Shown here: piece after piece, positions 53,702-64,000 of the stretch | Numbering within the stretch: the stretch's first letter is position 1 | How the letters are laid out: every line of letters begins with the position of its first letter | NCBI GenBank assembly: GCA_951406725.2 | Contig: OX597816.1 | Coordinates: 56,172,001-56,236,000, forward strand | Direction of reading: 5' to 3' | Origin: Octopus vulgaris | Taxonomy: Eukaryota | DNA: 64,000 nucleotides | Notes under the pieces: generated by a model | Seen by the model: only the letters and a program-made list of their open reading frames with translations | Told to the model about the DNA's origin: nothing | Databases searched by the model: none | Position numbers and translations under genes: made by a program

Positions 53702-54309
53702 TACAGTAGGTAGGATTTGAGAGATATTTGGCTGCTATGTCTAACAGATCTAGTGACCACCTACAGTCGGCTGACTGGGCAAGATCTATAGAATGTTGGT
53801 GTAATAGTTCTTAGTAATGCAGAAATATTCCGTTCGATGGCTTAGAGGAGAGATAAGACATACGGTTTGCTGCTATCGTTACTTTATACTGGCGTAAGAT
53901 ACAAATGTTATGGAAAAATATATACAAGCGTAAATGTGTGTGTACGTATGTGTGTGCGTGTGTTTGTGTGTGTGTGTGTGCGTGGATTTTACACCCGATA
54001 AATATTTACAGATATAGCTAAAGTGTTTGAGTTAACACGTGATAAGCATTTCTACGCAGGCCTTCAGTATTACTGACGTTGTAACTCTTATCAGATTTGA
54101 CTGCAATTTTCTCTAACAATAACTGTGCCTATCTTCAGCGATATCGATGACGTGGCTACCGTGTATATTTAGAAGATTAAACACGCGAATAATATTGTAA
54201 GATAGAACTGAGAGAGTTTTGCAGCAGACACTTTTCTGTGTTACACCTGCAGTATTAATCTATGTGTATGTATATCACAGCAGAAGGTCGGTCTTAGCTT
54301 GAACTGTAG

Positions 54310-54640
54310 GGTGACCCCCTTCGGTCATGTATCACCATGGGATTGCACCTAGAGAGTTACCCTCCGAGGCACAAGTCCGGGCCAGATTGTTTATGGAAGA
54401 CCAGCAGTGAGCTATGCATACCAGCCTACCCTCTCCACACCACTGATGTTATCCAAGGGAAAGGCAAAGGGGCCGATACAGCTTGGTATCCGTGACGCTG
54501 CAGCTCATTTCTACAGCCGAGTGAACTGGAGTAACGTGAAATAAAGTGTCTTGCTCAAGAACACAACACGCAACTCGGTCCGGGAATCGAACTCACAACC
54601 TCACGATTGTAAACTCGTCGCTCTAACTACTGAGCCATAA
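54310..54640 (-). mobile_element. tRNA-derived SINE family F with RTE-like 3' portion
   Basis: RC head tatggctcagtagttagagcg...gtgagttcgattcccgg; body cttgagcaagacacttta. Confidence 0.8.
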
Positions 54641-55365
54641 TCTCTAAGGAAGACTTGTTTATGGTAATTGAAGGAGGCGAGAGGAGAGAGTGAAATTTCG
54701 TAGGAGTTGGGGGCGGAGGAAATCAGTCGATTACATCGACCCCAGTCCTCAACTGGTACTTATTTCAACGACTTCGAAAAGGACTTCGGCGGAGAAGGAT
54801 CTGGAATTGATGGCCTTCATGAAGACAAGGTAAACCTAGACAGTTGATTATTATAGTAGTTGTTATGTTCGTTGTTAAGTTAAGTTAATTTTTTGGCTGG
54901 TATTGGTTTTGCTGTAGTTGTGGTACGACTGGTGGTGGTTGTGGTGGTGGTGGTAGTACTGTTAGATATGGTGGTAGTGGTGGTAGAGGTATTTTTAGTT
55001 CCTGACCCGATGCGATCGAACAGATTACATTATCGTATATGTCGACCGTTTCTTAAAAATATTTCCATTTGACAGATGTTGCTGTTATTTCTTGCAGATG
55101 GACTGACTCCATATAAGCCTCGTCATTGGTTCATAATCCACGAATTATTGGAGGAGCTTTAGGAATATTTAGCTAAAGCAATTGAATCTAGGGTGGCAGT
55201 GTGCGAGTGAGAATTTGGACCCGAAAAACGGTCAGTGTTTGTTGCTGATATCTATGAAAGTAGGGTGAATGATAAGGAGATCGAATCACGTACACTTCTC
55301 TTTTCAGAGAAGTCAGAATGAAGCAGGTAACCTGGACAGCACTGACGGGTTGCATTAAATTAAAA

Positions 55366-55488
55366 CGTGGCTGTGTCGTAAGAAGTTTCCTTATCACCCA
55401 CATGCGTGGCACCTTGGGCAAGTGTCTCTTACTAGGCCGACCTACACTTTGTGAGTGGATTTGGAAGACGGAAACTGAAAGAATCCTG

Positions 55489-55545
<57 letters not shown>

Positions 55546-55740
55546 TGTCTTTGTCACCTACTGCTGCTTGACAACTGGTGCTGGTGGGCTTACATACCCG
55601 TAACTTAGCGGTTCAGTAAAAGAGATCGGTAGAATAAATGCCAGTCTTTAAAAACGAAAAAATAATAAGTACTGGAGTTGATTGGTCTGACTAAAAATTT
55701 TCGGGACGGTGCTCCAGCATGGACGCAGTGAAAGAGAAAA
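55366..55740 (+). mobile_element. SINE family B
   Basis: cgtggctgtgtcgtaag...gcaccttgggcaagtg...gacggaaactgaaagaa...gctccagcatgg. Confidence 0.75.
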
Positions 55741-57020
55741 GATGAACGCTATTAAATGAAAGAGTCTGGGGATTGCGTCTGAAATGAGAAGCGGGGCAAA
55801 TGACCGGAGCCAGCACGACAAATTTTGGAAGGAAAGAGAAAATGATTTTTTTTGTTGCAATGGTTTGGCACGTTTACCATTTCTATTTGTCTTGGCTTCT
55901 CAATCAATTAACGCCTCTAAATGTTCGAAGCAGCGTCGATTGATATTGATCTGTACAATGATAACACGTTCGTTTATACTGAAAGGCAAAAAGGGCCTCA
56001 CTGTGGAAATTGTCCCACTGAGAAATTCTTCGTTATAGACAATGTGTGTCTAAAGCACACAAATAGGCCATGAATGACGTCAACGAAAGACATACGTTTC
56101 TGCCTCGTTACGCTTCATCAGAGACAGACACTGGACGCGTTGTTCACTGCTCAGTAAAAATTGCCGTTCTGATACTTAAACATCAAACATCAAACATTTC
56201 GTTTGATTTCAGTAATGAGGTTGCGTGAGCGTCAAGAGCCTCTCCGTTCTCCGGAAGAAACCCACGAATCGAATCACGCGGGTGGGATATCCTTATATCT
56301 TTGATTAAGTGGGTCATCAGTTGTGAGTTAGGAGGAAGGGGTTGCGTGATTAAGCGCCAGTTGATAGGACATACTCCGGGGTCGTTATTCGTGGTAGTCC
56401 TGTAGGAGAATATGTTCCTTGTTCACTTCTGATAAACTGGTGAGTCATGTGAAAGATACACACACACACACATAATATATACAAATGTACATAGACATAC
56501 ACGTACACACAGAAATACAAACAAACATACATACATACATACATGCATACACACACCGATATATATATTATATAATATATTATATACACAAATTTTAATA
56601 CGGTATCAGACAGACAGGCAGTCAGAAAATCAAAGCAAAGAGATGAGTCAGTAAAACACTCACAAACACACACACTCACACACAAACACACACACATACA
56701 CACACACACACACACACCACTGCTTCAGTTAGTCAAAGATAACGGAAATCGATGGCTAATGATAGGTATTACTAGTTGCATATATCAGTAGATATCAGTA
56801 TTTGAACCTGATATAACAATACCTAACGAGATCAATAAACAATAATTGTAGATCTAACAATTCTAAAACTAGAATTTGTTCAGAAATGTTTAACTGATGT
56901 TCGTCAGTTCATTCAAGCACTGTATAAACACAGTTTGTAATATCAAGATTAGGTATGCGCCAATTGTTTTGTTAGCTTAAGATATCTGGTTTATTCATGA
57001 AAAAAATAGGAGTATTTTTC

Positions 57021-57410
57021 AGGCGCAGGCAAAGCTGTATGTTGAAAAAAGCTTGTTTCCCAATCACGTTGTTCAGGATTCAGTTCCACTATATGACACT
57101 TTGGGCAAGTGTCTTCTGCTACAGCCTCCATCGACCAAAGCTTGATGAGTGGATTTGGCAGGCAGAAACTGAAAGAAATCCATTATATACACACACATAT
57201 ATATATATATGTATATAAATATGTACCGGTGTTGGTGAGTTTACGTCCCGTAACATAGCAGTTCGGCAAAAGCTACCGATAAAATAAGTACAAAGCTTAA
57301 AAGAAAAGAAAGTACTGCGGGTCGACTGATTCGACCAAAAGTTCTTGAAAGAGGTGCCCCAACATCAGCGCAGTCTAATGAGTGAAATTATTGGCAAACG
57401 ATAAAAGATG
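57021..57410 (+). mobile_element. SINE family B, degenerate
   Basis: aggcgcagg...ttgggcaagtgtcttctgct...gaaactgaaagaa...gttcggcaaaag. Confidence 0.75.
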
Positions 57411-57879
57411 TCTAGACTCTGAGAGTCTTTGACAAACTTTGGTATGAAAGATTCCATGGCTCAATATTTGCTCCACTTCTCTTCCCACGTTTCTAGAATG
57501 AGATGTTCAAAGTCTGTGAAATAAGTTGTCTTTCTGATGATGTCACATTGTTTACACGAATAAAATCAACAACCGGAAGTAGTTTTATGTCCTTTTTCTT
57601 TAACAGAGACTTTGTTGGATAGGACACTGCACAAGGGATTCGAACTAAGCCATCAAAAGCTTAATAATACTTTTGTTGCCGAAAGGGATTCCATCAAACG
57701 TTGATCAGGACTTTGAGAATTCTAAGCTGTATGGAAAAACGCGAACTATAATGAGTCCAGAAAACTTCATAAAATGAGCCAAATTTTGACAGATTAATAT
57801 AAATTGAAAGATAAGCAAGGAAGTTTTCTCTCTGCTAAGAAAAAATGAAACAGTAATGAGAAAATATTAAATGGAAAAA

Positions 57880-58720
57880 GTATTACTTGAAGACAAAATA
57901 GCTGAAAAGATTTGGACACAAGAATAAAAGATAAACCGAAGTAGATGTTCATGAATTTGTAAAGAAAAAAATGCTAAAAATAATCATTCTTTAGTGGTAA
58001 CCGGCAAAATTTAGAAAGAAAAGAAATGTTCTTATGGGAGAGCCAACAATGGTTCCAAAGAAGAAATAGGCCTAAATTTAACTGCACAGTATGAGCGTCC
58101 TGTAACTGAAGAAACTGATATAAAAATACTAAAGAAATATTGGAGAGAGAGAGACAAACTCTCCAGAGATGATATCCTGTTAGATTCAACAGAGAGGAAA
58201 TAAGCCAATACGAAAGTCAACAATCGCTTGAAAAGTTCTGGTTTAAAGTTAGAAGAGTCTGATTTTAGCTGAACAAGATCAATTCTTCACCCAAACATAA
58301 CACTCGAACCAAAATAAACAGACGATATCGTCAACTGTAATCAATACACGAAATAATCGACTTCCGGTCAGTCAGTCACCGCCAGCTCAACAACAAGTTT
58401 TAGTGATTAGGTTGCTATAGAATTGGACAATAACGTTTTTAGATGACCACTGAGTGAGAGTTATATAAACACGCCCCTCTTCCGGTATGGAACAATGACA
58501 TATCTGGAAATAGATTGCGATATGGATATCCAGAGGGTCATAAAATCTCGAAAGAAACTGTCCAGGTAACATAAAAGCAGAAATGAAAATATCTCGATGT
58601 TTACTGACCGAAATAAGTTGCTTTGCGGAAATGGAGCATTACAAAAAAAAAAAAAGTACAATAAGCTTGAAATAATGTTAAAAATGTAAGCTTGGGGTAA
58701 AAATAAAAATAGAAGCAATG
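57880..58720 (+). pseudogene. Highly decayed R4/Dong-like (RLE) LINE 3' region ending near (TAA)n
   Basis: Fragments RLKSSGLK(LE)..AEQDQ (cf. WLKSSGLKAETEG..AAQDQ), YKHAP.PV, CDMDIQ, KKKYNKLEI; (TAA)n at about 58753-58820, the known Dong target type. Confidence 0.5.
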
Positions 58721-58753
58721 ATAATGCTAAAACTACACTACTACTACTACTAC

Positions 58754-58822
<69 letters not shown>

Positions 58823-58879
58823 TGATGATGATGATAATGATTTCTTTATTAACCACAAAGATTTATATTAAGCAAAACA

Positions 58880-59100
58880 TTAGGACCCGGGCGAATTGGT
58901 TAGCGGTATTTCGCCTGTCGTTACGCTCTGGGTTCAAATCCCGCCGAGGTCGACTTTGCCTTTCATCCTTTCGGGGTTGGTAAATAAAGTACCAGTTACG
59001 CACTGGGGTCGATGTAATCGACTTGATCCGTTTGTCTGTCCTTGTTTGTCCCCTCTGTGTTTGGCCCCTTGTGAGTAATAAAGAAATAGGTATTTTGTCT
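58880..59100 (+). mobile_element. SINE family A
   Basis: gggttcaaatcccgccgaggtcgactttgcctttcatcctttcgggg...agtaataaagaaatagg. Confidence 0.8.
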
Positions 59101-59455
59101 GCCGGTATCCTAACCATTCTGCCAGCTCACCACTTAAGAACCACAGACATTATACACTTTATTATCATTGTTCGTTTGGCGAAATTTCTTACAACGAATA
59201 TTCCGAATACGTTTCTTTCCCACGAAAATGTTGGGGGGGGGGGGGGTAGGAAACGATGGGGTTTCACTTTAATCGTTTCAGTCTTGCCTTAATATATACT
59301 TCGCCGTGGATAACACAATGACGAAAGTGGTTTTCCCCAACAGAAGGCAGCAGGACGGTCCACACAGTCGACTCGGCTGACAGCGGGATCCATCCTACCC
59401 ACGTTAGCATCCTTTCCACATAAACCAAAGAGTTTTGTAATGCTCACACACTGAA

Positions 59456-59480
59456 AGTGGTAGTAGTAGTAGTAGTAATG

Positions 59481-59514
<34 letters not shown>

Positions 59515-59576
59515 CAGCAGCTAAAGCAGCTGAAGTAGTAATAGTAATAGTAGTAGTAGTAGTGGTAGTAGCAGCT

Positions 59577-59616
<40 letters not shown>

Positions 59617-59717
59617 CTAAAGCAGCTGAAGTACTAGTAGTAGTAGTAGTAGTAGCAGCAGCAGCAGCAGCAGCGGCGGTGGTGGTGGTGGTGGTGGTGG
59701 TGGTGATGGTGGTGGTA
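59456..59717. repeat. (AGT/AGC/GGT)n low-complexity tract
   Basis: Trinucleotide repeats. Confidence 0.9.
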
Positions 59718-61391
59718 GCGTGGCAGTCGTTGCCGTTTGTTGCTTGTGTTATGAAACGCCTGCCCGTCCGCGCGCACGGCTGTTCATAAGTTTTTTTTTT
59801 TTCCAGAGCCTGTCCAAACGCCACACCGTTTATAATTGCGTGAAAGAGAAAGAAACGCACGACAAACGTGATGGAATGAATTGATAGAAATGATGACATG
59901 TCAACAAGTTTATTGATCAATATCGAATGCGGCGAGTTTGTTTTATTTATTTATTTATTTATTTTTATTTTTTTTTTTTGTTAAATCAATACCAATTTAA
60001 CAGCGCTAAATATCATATTGCGCTGTCCAGGAATCTATTGTATTAGTTAACCAATTTATTACGCAAGTCAATTAACTAAGTTATTATAGATGACAATTAA
60101 GTAATTGTATTAATAACCAACCGAGTGAAAACGAGATCGGTTTTCGCAGACACTAGACTTATTACAATAGTAACCATTTAGCAATGGCGTTCTGATTTGA
60201 CTTTCACCATAAGTCGTCATAGAAATACACAAATAATTGTTTATCCCAGTTTTATTGATAAACCGATAATTATTGATGATATATCGAACTGTGTGTCTCA
60301 TCTGTTACAGAGCTTCTAAAATGTAGTAACTGGTCGTTTGGCCCCGTTGCTTGTGTGTCACAGTGTGCCATAATTTTGCTGATTTTGACCTCACCTGGCA
60401 CTATACAACAACAATAACAACAGCAGCAACAACACTGAAAATAACTACAACTACATATCGTGAATATATCATACTGTTTCAGCGGGCGGCGGTGGCGGCG
60501 GTGGTGGTGGTGGTGGTGGTGGTGGTGCTGCTGCTGCTGCTGCTACTGCTGTTCCTGGTGTAGGTCACGGCGGTGGTGGTGGTGGCAGTGGGGAGGGGCT
60601 TGGTTATGGCTGTAACGCTGACGAATGGTGGTAGTGACGGTGGTGGTGGCGGTGGTGGTGGTGGTAGTGGTGATAGTGGTGGTGGTAGTGATGGTGGTCA
60701 TTAAAACATGCTAGAAATAGGAATCAGCTCTCCTCAAACCACCCCTCTGGTTTGAATGTTTGTTTAAACAAAGTTTCAAAATTTAGACAGAGATATTTTA
60801 GTCTTATGTTATAAAGTATGTCACGCATTCAGAGAATGTGGGTTCGAATCCTGCGGGCATTTTTCTATCCAAACAAATTTTAAGCCAATATTTATATGCT
60901 ATTGTTCATAGCCTTATTTACTTCGAGTTCAACAATTAAAAATGAATTATTTCATGCTTTCTCGCTTTCACGTTTTCTAAATTCTAGTCTATGCGTGTCA
61001 CTTTCTTCCCTCACCCAACACCCACCCCACCACCACCACCACACACGCACATCTGAGCAACGACCTTTTCCATCCCGCGCCTTTCCACAAGTCCTAAAGA
61101 AGTGGTTATCGCACCGAAATATAGAAACATGCGGTATAACTAGAAACGTTTTTTTTTTTTTCCTTTTCGTTTTGTTATTCGCTTTTATATCATCTTGCAT
61201 TGTTCTGGCCTCACACATCAAGTCTCTTTAGAATGCAAATACATATCAGTGATATATATCGGAGATGAAGCTAAAATATATCTAGTCTTTAGGGAACTCT
61301 CCAAAGACTTACAAACTCTCCATCTGTCTCACCCTCAAAATTGCAATATTCTAGTGATTGGGATATTGAAAGATAGTAAATACACCACGTG

Positions 61392-61449
<58 letters not shown>

Positions 61450-61451
<2 letters not shown>

Positions 61452-62185
61452 TGACGGTGGTCAGGATGTCTAACTACACCTATAGGATTATTCATATATA
61501 GTAGTTCTGTTGGGTGAGTATCCAGTTTTGTTCATAGTAGTTCTTGGGTAGTTTATCAGACTCGTTTGAAGTTGATGGATCCTTCTCGATCTCCTCGATT
61601 TATAGGAGAGAAAAATATTTGCAGTTATGTATGTGGATCTTATTGTTAGGTAGTCTCGATGACTGATAGTTTGGTCGTTGAAAGTTGCGGTATTTTCACA
61701 TCGTACAAATGATCCCACGTAGTAAAGTTCAAGGCTAAGATAAATGAACAGCTGCCTTCTTTGTTGTGGAGCCTGGGTGACACTGAGATGTTTGTTGAGA
61801 GACATATATATCAACAATTACACCCAGGTCTCTGATATTGTTAGAGTGTGAGCATATATATATTGACTCACGATATAGGCAGACTGGAGTTGAGTTCGGT
61901 CTGCTTCTTCATTGACGATTTGCTGGAGCTTAGTGTCATCAGCGAATATTTTCACTTGCAGTGATGACGACACTGGAAGGTCGTTTATAAATTATGAAGA
62001 GTAGCGGACCTAAAACGTTCCTGGGAACGTGGTGACTTTGGTTTGGGGACTCCATCACTACAACATGTTGTTCTATTCGTAGAAATACGAATCAGTGTAG
62101 AACTTTCAGGATTCCACATTTGAATTTTGAGGTAGGATTTTGGTCTACCCTGTCGAACACTTTACTGAAGCAAGATATGACGTCA
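61450..62185 (-). pseudogene. Decayed CR1/Jockey-group LINE RT fragment
   Basis: FSKVFDRVD, VLGPLLFII..NDLP, VKIFADDTKL, NIRDLGVIVD across frameshifts. Confidence 0.8.
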
Positions 62186-62466
62186 GAGTTCGACCTGTTC
62201 CCGTGTACATCTTCAATGGGTGTAAGAGTGTGTTAAACGTCTCACGCAAAGCATGTGATTTGAATTTAGGTTGTGGGCTCAGGAAGTCATATCCTTGATC
62301 TTACACTCTTTCAAACATATATAGAGGTTGAAGGACTCGTTGATATATAGAGACTGGCGAAATCATATAATATATATAGTGAAGGTTATGTGCGATTTTG
62401 TGTTGATCAGCTTCTGTTCCTCATCAATATCAGTGGAACACTGAAGACAGGCAATATTGTTTCTGA

Positions 62467-62595
<129 letters not shown>

Positions 62596-62678
62596 GAGTT
62601 TACGATAAAAACAAAAGAAGACAGGTGGTGTACAAAATAAACAGATGTATTTGTATAACGCTCAGGTATAGAAAAAGT

Positions 62679-62714
62679 CTTTTACGTTTCGATTCTTCGC
62701 TCTTCTACAGAAAG
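62679..62714 (-). ncRNA. Hammerhead-like motif with non-canonical core (CUGUAGA) in a short repeat (about 62592-62763) in (TA)n
   Basis: RC: cttt-CTGTAGA-agagc-gaagaatc-GAAA-cgta-aaag; related to the 10520 motif. Confidence 0.4.
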
Positions 62715-63649
62715 GAAAACAAGGAGAGATACAAGGAGAGAAAAAAATGTATGTAGTGGCTAATATATATATACCAACTAAAATATATAGCTTAAATCAC
62801 ATTTGAACGTGGCACTCAGAGTTGAGAACATGAAAACTACAGAGGAGACTGTAATAAGATGTTAGTGAACAGAACAGCACATTGCACTGCACCGCGGACC
62901 CTCACCACACAAAACCTATTTAAAGCTCTATCTCATTGCAACTCCATTATCCAAAATCGCTTACAACTGCTCCACAATAGCGTAAGAGTCTATTATAGCG
63001 TGGCTATAAATATTTACACACACATACGCACTCACTTACACACATATACACAGACAAGTGCGGATACACACAGACACATGTACACTAACGCACTAAAACA
63101 ATTATCGCCGGCAGCTGTTTTATTTCCGCTTCTGCAGATGAAATCTTCAGATGTTATTAATATCATCAAAACAGACAATGATGCCATTAATTTAGATTGA
63201 ATGAGGCTCAGGGCTAGATGCCTCCAGAATGGCACAGGGAGATTTTGAAAACGTAAATTGACATTTGTTGTTGTTTGAATGAGTGTAGGTGAGATGGGAG
63301 GCTGCGTGTGTGTGTGTGTGAAGAACTTCATAGACAAGTGAGGTGGGGACTGAAATGAGAGAAGAAACCAGTTTCGTTTCCAAATTGAAAGATACTCGTT
63401 TTACCAAAATCCTATCGTCTCTAAATCTCCTTCTAAAATGCACAGAAGACGTGTAGGAGTAGCACACATCAATAATGATTGTTGCATTGGACATTTAACA
63501 CCTCCGCTTTTTATTTATTTTGTTCGGGAGTACGAGATAACCGATACGATGCTCCAAGTATATTACAGTGAAACATAAAGGAGAGTTATTCGGAAAAGCC
63601 ATAAAAAATTGCAAGGCACAAAAATACAAAGAACGGAATAAAAAAGACT

Positions 63650-63792
63650 CAGGGATGGATACGTGATAACACGTTTGCTTCCCAACAGCATGGTTCCGGG
63701 TTCAGTCCCATTGCGAGGTACCTTCTGCTATAATCACGGGCAAACCAAGGCCTTGTGTATGGGTTTGATAGACGGGAAGTAAATAAAGCTCG

Positions 63793-63839
<47 letters not shown>

Positions 63840-64000
63840 AGCGTGCGTGCGGGTGTGTGTGCGTGTGTGTACGTGTGTGTGCGAGCGTGCGTGCGTGGGT
63901 GCGTGTGTGTGTGTGTGTGTGTTTTTGTGTCCCACCACCGCTTCACGACCATGTTCGGTGTGTTTACGTCTCAGTAACTTAACAGTTCGGCAAATAAGGA
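63650..64000 (+). mobile_element. SINE family B, running off the window
   Basis: catggttccgggttcagtccca...tagacgggaa...tgtttacgtc...gttcggcaaa. Confidence 0.75.

Noticed and set aside
56210-56305. Putative exon tttcag|taATGAGG... (MRLRERQEPLRSPEETHESNHA)
   Set aside because: Short, with no homology recognised and only a weak donor
59444-59920. 158-aa ORF with a hydrophobic N-terminus and poly-Thr (mucin-like?)
   Set aside because: Non-ATG start in the track, and the Thr tract is a trinucleotide microsatellite
60795-60860. tRNA-like T arm gtgggttcgaatcctgc
   Set aside because: No convincing A box, D arm or acceptor stem; at best a decayed SINE or tRNA remnant

Overview
Repeat-saturated, AT-rich eukaryotic DNA, very likely from an octopus or other coleoid cephalopod; this is inferred from the SINE families and the extreme microsatellite load. 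I can support no intact host protein-coding gene, and almost all ORFs in the track are translations of microsatellites. The window holds about 25 tRNA-derived SINE copies from 3-4 families and decayed LINE fragments (CR1-like x2, RTE, R4/Dong-like). It also holds three Penelope-like element (PLE) coding remnants, a faint Gypsy gag remnant, a fold-back mariner derivative, several MITEs, a degenerate 18S rRNA fragment and a 100-N assembly gap. The main signal is a set of short, non-coding elements, mostly embedded in microsatellites, that carry PLE-type minimal hammerhead ribozymes (HHR). These include a 360-bp retrozyme-like unit with a well-formed HHR and a PLE remnant with inverted pLTRs whose HHR core shows the U3:A8 covariation. 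A third is a composite element that joins a tRNA-like Pol III head to an HHR-bearing tail and has a PLE-style 5' inverted copy: a candidate Penelope-mobilised 'ribozyme SINE'. All alignments and folds were done by eye and boundaries are approximate.
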